Assembly: GCA_030587475.2 (NCBI GenBank)
Contig: JAUQYZ020000154.1
Location: 1 to 29,627, forward strand
Direction: 5' to 3'
Source of the DNA: Candidatus Sigynarchaeum calidifontis
GTDB taxonomy: Archaea; Asgardarchaeota; Lokiarchaeia; Sigyniarchaeales; Sigyniarchaeaceae
Length of the DNA: 29,627 nt
A program made the translations under genes and the position numbers. The notes under the pieces were generated by a model. It was given only the letters and a program-made list of their open reading frames with translations, searched no databases and was not told the DNA's origin. This document shows positions 8,506 through 16,376 of this stretch, piece after piece (the stretch's first letter is position 1; each line of letters begins with the position of its first letter).

Positions 8506-9108
8506 TTATTCCGAATTATCCGCCGTCGCTTGTTCCTTCTCCGCTGACGACCTGCTACCGCCCTTCGCCTTGGCTTTTTTCTTGGAGGGGCGCTTGTGAG
8601 CACCACGGATCTCGTCATTTTCCTTCTCGGCCGCCTGGATCTTGCCCAATAAATCGTTGATCCGCTGGCTATTGTCTTTGAAGTTCAGCAAGCCCTCGCA
8701 CTGGGGACAGCGGAAATCCATCTCGGTTGCCTTGTCGAAAATCACGCGGGTGCAACCAGCGTCGCACGTGTACCACATGTTCCCTTGCTCGTATTCGAGC
8801 AAGTTTCTCCAGTTCTCTATCTGTTTCTGGTTCCGTTCGATGAGAATGTTTTCGTAACCGACGAAGTTCTGGCGGAAAAAAAACACAATCCAACCATTAT
8901 GCCTATCTCTTGTCCGGCGGTAGGTAACGAGATTATAATCAAGCAATTTGTAGAGATTCTTCCGCGTGGTGTTGATATCCTCGCCCAGCTTCTCTGCGAG
9001 TTCCTGGTCGGTGATCTCCTTCCCTTCGATTTTTTCCAGCTCCAGGGCGAGTCTTACACATACTTCGCCACCGATGAAGAACACGAATTTCGTGAGCAAC
9101 TCGTCCAA
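8506..9108 (-). CDS. tfe: Transcription factor E alpha (TFE/TFIIE-alpha)
   Basis: Winged helix ITDQELAEKLG...TRKNLYKL...VTYRRTRD..NGW; Zn ribbon YTCDAGC...FDKATEMDFRCPQC..LL...DNS; TTG start. Confidence 0.93.
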   Translation of the reverse strand: MDELLTKFVFFIGGEVCVRLALELEKIEGKEITDQELAEKLGEDINTTRKNLYKLLDYNLVTYRRTRDRHNGWIVFFFRQNFVGYENILIERNQKQIENWRNLLEYEQGNMWYTCDAGCTRVIFDKATEMDFRCPQCEGLLNFKDNSQRINDLLGKIQAAEKENDEIRGAHKRPSKKKAKAKGGSRSSAEKEQATADNSE

Positions 9109-9244
9109 GAAAAAAACCTTGGTCTGTTAATTTGGGATATGCCGACGCGCCAGCGGGATAAAATGTATATCAATTTTAGGAAAAATCCCCTTTTAACCTT
9201 TATCTGAAAAGCTAAGACCTGGATGATACCCGTCAATATCGACT

Positions 9245-9757
9245 TCAACGCGTCTTGGCAACCTTCTTGGTATCCCCCGATGTTCCCTTGTCGTGGTTGT
9301 CTTTTTCTTTTTCTGCAAGCCACTGCTCGAACATGAGTTCAGTCTTCCCTTCGCCAATATCATGCAACCAACCCCACCAGTTCATCAGCCGCGTCGTTTT
9401 TTCCGAGGGAACCTTCTCCGCGAACATCGCACGGTATGCTTTTGACTCGAGCGGGATGGGCGGCTCCTGGTTCTCTTCCTTCTCCCTCGCAAGAGCCCGC
9501 TCCATTCTTTCTAAATAAAGATGAGCTTTTTCCTCATCCACCCTCTGCTCGGGCGTGAGCTGCGAAAGCCTGAACTCGTGCTCGATGTTCCCGATATCAT
9601 CCCACGAAAACCCCATCACGTCGACAGCATACTGAAAAAAGTTGAAGTCCTTGAATCGTTCCTTCGTATCTGCCCGCCGGATCTCGATGAACGACTCCTC
9701 GTGGCAATTAAAAACCGCTTCGAGCCCGTATTCTACATCACCCTGCTTGATCATCAC
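9245..9757 (-). CDS. Hypothetical protein; may extend to ATG 9892 through an in-frame TAG
   Basis: 170-aa charged, protein-like ORF with no recognised motif; upstream in-frame TAG at 9803-9805. Confidence 0.55.
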   Translation of the reverse strand: MMIKQGDVEYGLEAVFNCHEESFIEIRRADTKERFKDFNFFQYAVDVMGFSWDDIGNIEHEFRLSQLTPEQRVDEEKAHLYLERMERALAREKEENQEPPIPLESKAYRAMFAEKVPSEKTTRLMNWWGWLHDIGEGKTELMFEQWLAEKEKDNHDKGTSGDTKKVAKTR

Positions 9758-9931
9758 GGTCTCGACGATCTCGGTTCCGACACGCTTTCGGGGAGTCGGG
9801 AACTAGAATTTCAAGTCGAGAGCCCGTGCTGGCTGGACGATCTCCCCGCCAACGATATTGTCTATCAATTCATTAAAACGATTCGATATCATGCCAGACA
9901 GTCTCCATGTTTATTATCTTGATTCAACCAT

Positions 9932-10168
9932 TCAAGGATTTAGATACAACTTGTTGTATTCCGCCAAGAACGCCGCGAACGAGTCAAATGCCTTGCCTAT
10001 CCCAGCCCAATAAATAGGCTCGTCGCTGCCCAGCCGGTATACGAGCCGGAGCCCGCCCCCGCCCGCAGGCGACTCGACGAACACCCACGCCTGCAGCCGC
10101 AGGCACGCTAGCTAAGACGTGGATGATACTCTTCGACTTGGGTGTTTCATCGCCTGGCCGAGTTGCAT
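9932..10168 (-). pseudogene. Possible gene fragment or pseudogene (MQLGQ...STS*LACLRLQAWVFVESPAGGGGLRLVYRLGSDEPIYWAGIGKAFDSFAAFLAEYNKLYLNP*)
   Basis: Manual translation; in-frame TAG at 10112-10114; the distal part reads like a protein C-terminus. Confidence 0.3.
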
Positions 10169-10302
10169 TCCCCTCTCGGGTTCAATCGTAACAAGACCAG
10201 AAATTCGCGATACCTTAGGCTTTAAAAATTACGACGTCGTTATCACCACCAAGATCCGCGTGGCATGTTCCCACGCCGCCGCGCCCATGCCGGCAGGAAA
10301 TC

Positions 10303-12621
10303 ATGGCGACAAAAAACTGGAACGAGTTCAAGGACTACATTTCCTCGCTCGACACGATCGATTACAGGGAGTATCAAGTCTCCATTTCCAAGCAAGCATC
10401 GCAGCGTAACACGCTCGTGATCTTGCCGACCGCGATGGGCAAGACCGTGATCGCCGTGCAAGTGGCCATCAACCGTCTTGCGATGTATCCCTGGGGCAAG
10501 GTCGTCGTCTTGGCACCGACCCGGCCACTCGTCCACCAGCACATGCGATCCTTTGGAAAATTCCTCGACATCGCAGGGCGGGGCAAGCAATTTTTTTCGT
10601 GCCATGAATTGAATGGGAAAATCTCGCGCGAGAAGCGGGCGGATATGTTCAAGAAAGCGAACCTTATTTTCGCCACTCCACAAACGCTGCAGAATGATCT
10701 GGCAAGTCATTTTTATGATTTATCGAATTGCGTGCTTCTTGTTCTTGACGAGTGCCACAAGACAGGAGAAAAATACGCGTACAACGAGATCGCGACCCGG
10801 TACTTGCAACACTGCCCAGACCCCATCATACTCGGCTTGACCGCTTCGCCCGGTCGAAAGCAGGAGCAAGTCCTCGAATTGTGCCAGCGGCTCCACATGG
10901 AGCGCGTCACGATCCGCACGCCCGACGATCCTGACGTTACGCCGTATATGCACCCCATCGAGATGGAAGTGCGGGATTGCGACTTGCCCCTGGAATACGA
11001 CGAAGTGGAGCTCTCGCTCAGGGAGCTGCTTTACGATCGGCTGGAGCAGATACGCGCCCGGGGCTTTCTCAAGCAGAAACCGATCGACCAGATCAACAAG
11101 ATGGATCTCATCCAGCTCGGGCGGGTCTTGTGGTCGATCATCGCGAGGGAAACCGCACCGGGCGACGTGCCGGATGCTGGTGGCGGCAAGACGGGGGCGC
11201 AACCACCGTCCCTGGCGAATGACCGCACCGGCTTTTTCTTCTGGCTCATCAGTATGCAAGCCCAGGCCATGAAGATATTGCACGTGATCGAGCTTATCAC
11301 GACCCAGGGCATCCCCACCGCGTTTGAATTCATCCGCAAGATGCGAGAACGCGTCGAGGAGACACGAAGCAAAGCCAGCTCGAATTACCGGCTCTTGCAA
11401 GAAACCACGTTCAAGAAAGTCGAGATTTTCTTGAAAAAAGGGGTCGACAGCGGTGAAATGCATCCGAAAACGCGTCTCTTGCTCGAGATGCTCCAGGAGA
11501 TGGTCGACCCGGCGACAGGCGATTTGCCGGGGAACGTGATCGTGTTCACGCAGTTTCGCGACACTGCCAGCTTCTTGCTGGCTGCCATCGAGGGGCTGAA
11601 CTGCGGGAAGCAAGGTGACTCGCGGCCATTCCGCCCAGTGCGCTTCGTCGGCCAAGCCACGAAGTCCTCACGAGATACGGGGCTCAAGCAGCAAGATCAA
11701 GAAAAGACGCTCGATGAATTCCGCGCGGGAAAGCACAACATTCTCGTGGCCACCCGCATCGCGGAGGAAGGCCTGGATATCCCTTCAGTGCGCTCCATCA
11801 TCTTTTACGAGCCCGTGCCCTCGGAGATCCGATACATCCAGCGCCGGGGCCGGACCGGGCGGCACGAAAAGGGATACGTGACGATCTTGATCGCGCGCGG
11901 CACGCTTGACGAGGTCTTTTACAAGGTCGCGCTCTGCCGTCTCGACCACATGGAACGCATCGCCGATGGGTTGAAAGACAGGCCCCTCCAAGACATCATT
12001 CGCGTGCCTCTTGGCGAGCCCGTGCCATCTGATATTGCCATCAACGAGGCGCTCGATGCGTACGAGAAACAACTCGCCACCACGCAAGCCCCGCCGGGCC
12101 GGGAGCTCGAAATGGATGCTGGCGAGGCAACGCGCGAGCTGGAGGAAGCGAGCCGCCAGGTCGATGAGTTTAATGCGTGGCGATACGTGGATCTATCGGG
12201 CGTGCAAGACCCCGCGATCCAGGCATGCCTCCAGATCGCCACGAGGAACCCCGCCTCGGCGTCCGAGTGGCATGACATGCTCCGGCGGCTGACCGGGAAG
12301 GAAAAAGTCGAGGAAAACCCAATGAAACGCACACGATCGATAAAGCGGGAGCGAAAGGTCCCGTCCACGGATAGCGGCGTGAAGATCTTCAACAAGGTCA
12401 CGAAATGGGTTTACGATCAGGTCAGGGCCTTAGGAACCGCGAACGCGGCGACCGACCGAATCGAGATGGCCTTCGCCGAGCTCAAGGAAATGGCGAGTAT
12501 GGAGGAGATCCTTCCGGAAGACTTTGAATACGGCGTGAAAAGCGGGATAAAGAATAAATATTGGGAACTCGCGAAAGGCGCCGATGGCACCTTTAAGATC
12601 AGCATGAAGGCCGATTTCTAG
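10303..12621 (+). CDS. hef: Hef/FANCM/Mph1-family SF2 DNA helicase without a recognisable C-terminal ERCC4 nuclease domain
   Basis: YREYQ (Q motif), LPTAMGKT, LAPTRPLVHQH, ATPQ, DECH, GLTASPG, HPK, IVFTQFRDT, FVGQA, VATRIAEEGLDIP, FYEPVPSEIRYIQRRGRTGR. Confidence 0.9.
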   Translation: MATKNWNEFKDYISSLDTIDYREYQVSISKQASQRNTLVILPTAMGKTVIAVQVAINRLAMYPWGKVVVLAPTRPLVHQHMRSFGKFLDIAGRGKQFFSCHELNGKISREKRADMFKKANLIFATPQTLQNDLASHFYDLSNCVLLVLDECHKTGEKYAYNEIATRYLQHCPDPIILGLTASPGRKQEQVLELCQRLHMERVTIRTPDDPDVTPYMHPIEMEVRDCDLPLEYDEVELSLRELLYDRLEQIRARGFLKQKPIDQINKMDLIQLGRVLWSIIARETAPGDVPDAGGGKTGAQPPSLANDRTGFFFWLISMQAQAMKILHVIELITTQGIPTAFEFIRKMRERVEETRSKASSNYRLLQETTFKKVEIFLKKGVDSGEMHPKTRLLLEMLQEMVDPATGDLPGNVIVFTQFRDTASFLLAAIEGLNCGKQGDSRPFRPVRFVGQATKSSRDTGLKQQDQEKTLDEFRAGKHNILVATRIAEEGLDIPSVRSIIFYEPVPSEIRYIQRRGRTGRHEKGYVTILIARGTLDEVFYKVALCRLDHMERIADGLKDRPLQDIIRVPLGEPVPSDIAINEALDAYEKQLATTQAPPGRELEMDAGEATRELEEASRQVDEFNAWRYVDLSGVQDPAIQACLQIATRNPASASEWHDMLRRLTGKEKVEENPMKRTRSIKRERKVPSTDSGVKIFNKVTKWVYDQVRALGTANAATDRIEMAFAELKEMASMEEILPEDFEYGVKSGIKNKYWELAKGADGTFKISMKADF

Positions 12622-12707
12622 CTGGTCTCTTTTCACCGCGTTTATGACCTTGCATTTCGGAACCGTTTTTATAGGTTCACCAAGACTAATCAATCGTGAT
12701 TTGAGCA

Positions 12708-12923
12708 ATGTCGAAGCATGCACGGCTGCCCGTCGCTGGTGACAAGGTCGAGCTCCTAGTAAACTTGCCGGATTATAACCTGGTAAAGGGTGACGTTGGA
12801 AGCATCCTCGTTGCATACGATCCTTATGATATCAACGCTAAATCGAACGATTTCGAGGTATTCTTCGAGAAAATCAGCATCTCTGTGATCTTGCTCGAAT
12901 CACAATTTAAGATCGTAGATTAG
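12708..12923 (+). CDS. DUF4926-like small protein
   Basis: GDKVELLVNLPDYNLVKGDVGSIL...FEVFF pattern; TATA-like TTTTTATA at about 12666-12673. Confidence 0.7.
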   Translation: MSKHARLPVAGDKVELLVNLPDYNLVKGDVGSILVAYDPYDINAKSNDFEVFFEKISISVILLESQFKIVD

Positions 12924-12946
12924 GAATACGGGTCAGGGACACGCCC

Positions 12947-14332
12947 ATGGAAATCGCGCCAAACACGATCTACTGCGGGGACAACCTGGCGATCTTGAAA
13001 TCTCTACCAAGCAGCAGTATCAATCTTTGTTACATCGACCCGCCCTTCTTTTCCAGGAGAAACCACAAGGACATTGCAAAAGGTACTGACGAGGTGCGCG
13101 GCTTCCACGACACGTGGAGCGGCGATATCACGAACTATATCGAGTTCATGCGACCTCGAGTTCAGGAGATCAATCGTGTCCTCACGCCTAATGGATCTTT
13201 TTATTTGCATTGCGATGTCTCCGCGGTTTTTCATTTGAAGGTCATGTGCGATGATATTTTCGGCATGGATAATTTCTCAACGGATATTATTTGGAAGCGC
13301 CATTCGCCGAGCAAGAATACAGGCCGGAATTACGGAAACATCGTGGACCATATCTTGTATTATGTGAAAGGAGAAGATTACACTTTCAACGTCCAATACA
13401 TCCCCATGGATGATTCTGTCTTCAACATCGTGGAGCCCGAAACGGGCAGGCGTTTCCGTAGCCAGCCCCTCGTCGTCAAGGGAAACCAGGAAGGAAAGGT
13501 TTTCGATTTTGGCGGGCGAACGTACACGATCAAGAAAGGCCAAGCGCTGAAATGGTCGCAAGAGACGATCAACAAGCGGCTGTCGAAGAACCCACGACTT
13601 ATCTACTGGACCAGCGGTGGCGAGCCCAGGTACAAAACCTACCTCGATGAAAGCAAGGGTATCAAGCTCACGTCGCTTTGGGACGACATCAAGCTTGTCA
13701 CGTCGACGTCCTCCGAAAGGCTCGATTATCCGACGCAGAAACCTCTGCGATTTCTCGAACGGATTATTTCGGTCTCATCCAATCAGGGCGATGTCGTGCT
13801 CGACGCGTTTTGCGGTTCGGGCACGACGCTGGTGGCTGCTAAGAAACTTGGCCGTGCTTTCGTGGGAATCGACACTTCACCGACCGCTTGCCGCCTGGCT
13901 GCTTCGCGCCTTGGTCTCCCTGTCGATGCAATCATCGGCCACCCGTCGACGCGCGACGACTTCATCCGACTCCCAAGCTTCGAATTCCGCAATTGGATCG
14001 CGTGGAAGCTCAATGCCGCCCAGAAACATGGACTGGTAACCGCTGGCATCGACATGATTTGCCGCAACACGAGGATACCGGTCGTTGTAAAGAACGAGGG
14101 GAAGCTCACGGAAAATGATCTTTCAAGGCTCGTTTCCGTTCTTGATGCTCGACAGGACGAAAACGCAAGAAAAGGAGCTTGCATCGCGATGGATTTCGCT
14201 CAAGGAATTGATGCTTACATCGGTCGCTTGAAATCTGAAAAGCAGATTATTATATACAAATACGGGATAGACGATCTTTTGGCGGAAAAGCACGTGAAAG
14301 ACGGCATAAGCATCATGAACCGGTTATTTTAG
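12947..14332 (+). CDS. Beta-class N6-adenine/N4-cytosine DNA methyltransferase with a C-terminal Mrr-like domain
   Basis: IYCGDNL, YIDPPF (motif IV) preceding YPTQKP and VLDAFCGSGTT (motif I); C-terminal FEFRNWI...GID...PVVVK. Confidence 0.9.
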   Translation: MEIAPNTIYCGDNLAILKSLPSSSINLCYIDPPFFSRRNHKDIAKGTDEVRGFHDTWSGDITNYIEFMRPRVQEINRVLTPNGSFYLHCDVSAVFHLKVMCDDIFGMDNFSTDIIWKRHSPSKNTGRNYGNIVDHILYYVKGEDYTFNVQYIPMDDSVFNIVEPETGRRFRSQPLVVKGNQEGKVFDFGGRTYTIKKGQALKWSQETINKRLSKNPRLIYWTSGGEPRYKTYLDESKGIKLTSLWDDIKLVTSTSSERLDYPTQKPLRFLERIISVSSNQGDVVLDAFCGSGTTLVAAKKLGRAFVGIDTSPTACRLAASRLGLPVDAIIGHPSTRDDFIRLPSFEFRNWIAWKLNAAQKHGLVTAGIDMICRNTRIPVVVKNEGKLTENDLSRLVSVLDARQDENARKGACIAMDFAQGIDAYIGRLKSEKQIIIYKYGIDDLLAEKHVKDGISIMNRLF

Positions 14333-14335
14333 GCT

Positions 14336-14866
14336 TCAAGCTTGCCAGAGCGGGAACCCGTGCATCTCGACCATGTCTTCGTGGAGCATGAGCAAGCCAG
14401 GTTCCATCGCGTAGTGCGCCCACACGCACCTTGCATCGGGAAACCGGACGTTCACCGCAGCGAGGTATGCCGGGTTATCGTCCACGAAAACGAGCTGCGA
14501 TGGCGAGATGTCCGGATCGTCGTTCGCAGCCTTGCACAAGATACGCTCGATCTTGTCTGCCTTGTCTTCTCGATCAAAAGCAGAAAGGTCAAAATCGAAA
14601 AAGCTCTCGATGCCAAATGCTCTCGTGAACAGCCGCACCTGGTCTTCAGGTCCCATCGTGGCCAGCGCGAGCCGGTACCCTTGCGACCGCAGCTTTTCGA
14701 GCACCACCTTCGCGTTAGGCACGATCTCCTGCGCGTGTCCATCCCCGTCGGATACCCGGCGATCGTCGATGCGCTGGAACCTACCAATGGCCCTCGAATC
14801 ATCGATCCCGTGCCAGAGCGTGTCATCAACGTCGAACACGACGATCTTGACCTTGCCCGCGTTCAT
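14336..14866 (-). CDS. HAD-superfamily phosphatase, cap-less (magnesium-dependent phosphatase-1-like)
   Basis: VVFDVDDTLW (motif I), LALAT (II), DKADK (III), FVDDN (IV). Confidence 0.85.
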   Translation of the reverse strand: MNAGKVKIVVFDVDDTLWHGIDDSRAIGRFQRIDDRRVSDGDGHAQEIVPNAKVVLEKLRSQGYRLALATMGPEDQVRLFTRAFGIESFFDFDLSAFDREDKADKIERILCKAANDDPDISPSQLVFVDDNPAYLAAVNVRFPDARCVWAHYAMEPGLLMLHEDMVEMHGFPLWQA

Positions 14867-14958
14867 GATAGGGGGGAAAATGATAAAACGAATTTTAATC
14901 CTCGGAACTCAATGATTTCTATAACGAAAGTGAACCGGCAAAAAGGATGTGATCCCGA

Positions 14959-15693
14959 ATGTCGTCCGAGTTCGCGTGCTCAAAAATGGACTGCAAGGGC
15001 AGCTTGATACCGTACAAGGTCATCGACAACAAAAAGGAGAATAAAGTCAAGGCATTCGCCAGATGCCCGGAATGCAAGAAGGCATACGAGATCTCGCTGC
15101 CAAAAAACGATGCAGCAAGCTGGAAATCGTTATTTCAAGCACAGCTCGTAAAATGCACGGAATGCGGATATCCATCTCTCAAGACCGTCAAAAGGATCGG
15201 AGATGTCAACACGGGCTATAAAATAAAGCTTGCTTGCTTGGAATGCGGCAAGGAAAACGAACGGTACATCGATGGCTCCTTGTTCGACCTCGTGGAAGAC
15301 TGCCTCCCGTCAGCCGCCCGCACGATGGTGTTGTGCCCGACGTGTGGTGACCACATCGCAGACGAGCGAAATCAGCATTGCCAGAGGTGCGGTCGCGAGC
15401 TCTACTGCTCGAAGTGCCGCACGCCACTCACGAACGCGAAATATTGCCCGTCATGCGGGGATCCGGTGAAGACCGGGGATTATAATAAGAATCTAGCAGT
15501 CGTAGCCAAGGCGAGCACGACGAAATGCCCCACATGTGGCGCGATCATGCAACAAAACGCTCGATTTTGCAATACTTGTGGTCAAGAAGTCATTTGCGGC
15601 AAGTGCGGTAATCGGGTTCCCCCTGGCGCTGTATTTTGCAATGCTTGCGGGGATGCTATAAGATCAGGAAGGGCGCAAGGCAAAAATCGGTGA
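14959..15693 (+). CDS. Poly-zinc-ribbon protein (12 Cys pairs; two C-terminal double-zinc-ribbon modules)
   Basis: One Cx4C and 11 CxxC motifs; N-terminal 110 aa or so homologous to the next gene. Confidence 0.85.
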   Translation: MSSEFACSKMDCKGSLIPYKVIDNKKENKVKAFARCPECKKAYEISLPKNDAASWKSLFQAQLVKCTECGYPSLKTVKRIGDVNTGYKIKLACLECGKENERYIDGSLFDLVEDCLPSAARTMVLCPTCGDHIADERNQHCQRCGRELYCSKCRTPLTNAKYCPSCGDPVKTGDYNKNLAVVAKASTTKCPTCGAIMQQNARFCNTCGQEVICGKCGNRVPPGAVFCNACGDAIRSGRAQGKNR

Positions 15694-15731
15694 ACACGCG
15701 AAAAAAATGGAAAAAAAAGAGATGATGAAGG

Positions 15732-16205
15732 ATGAGCGATTACTGGGAAAAACAATTTGCTTGTGGCAATAAAAAATGCAACGGGATCCTTATTCCACTC
15801 GAGCTGAACGATAACAAGAAGGAAAACAAGGTAAAAGCGCTGGGTCGTTGTCCGATCTGTAAAAAGACCTACCAGTTTAGTTTGCCCGGGGATAAAGAGA
15901 CCGTCGCGAATTGGATCGGTGTCGTGTTCGATCACATGTTCTTGTGCACGGGCTGTGGCAATGCATCGTTGAAAACGAGACGAATAGATGGCCATCCAAG
16001 CAGCGGCTACACGATTTCGGTTTGGTGCACACGGTGCAATGAAGTGGGCGATCGCAAGATCGACGGCACGTTTTTCCACTACTTGGGCCCGAAAGTGCTT
16101 GAGGTCGCGCAAAAAGAAACCAGGAACTTCTGTCCCAATTGCGGTGCTACCATGCCGTTGGGTTCGGCATTTTGTGCCAAGTGTGGTTCCCGGATCAAGA
16201 AATGA
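15732..16205 (+). CDS. Zinc-ribbon protein (6 Cys pairs), paralog of 14959..15693
   Basis: One Cx4C and 5 CxxC motifs; shares DNKKENKVKAxxRCPxCKK, SLKT, GY.I...C..C and IDG with the upstream gene. Confidence 0.85.
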   Translation: MSDYWEKQFACGNKKCNGILIPLELNDNKKENKVKALGRCPICKKTYQFSLPGDKETVANWIGVVFDHMFLCTGCGNASLKTRRIDGHPSSGYTISVWCTRCNEVGDRKIDGTFFHYLGPKVLEVAQKETRNFCPNCGATMPLGSAFCAKCGSRIKK

Positions 16206-16376
16206 TTATTTCATGCTCACTTTCCGTTTCTTTCTGAGTCTTTTTCACGTTTCGATTCCATTCGCTTAACAATAAACACGTACCGGGCGCGCGGGATAGT
16301 GTTTATTTTCACGAAAAACGCAGTCTAGAAAAGGTACCAGTCGCTAGTCACGCTATCCAGCCAGGTGACGTGCAAA

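Noticed and set aside
10020-10110. GC-rich stretch as a possible tRNA or structured RNA
   Set aside because: No cloverleaf or T-loop consensus found; it reads better as degenerate minus-strand coding sequence
14336-14866. HAD phosphatase as the missing ribityl-pyrimidine phosphatase of the FO cluster
   Set aside because: About 7 kb away with unrelated genes between; no sequence evidence for substrate
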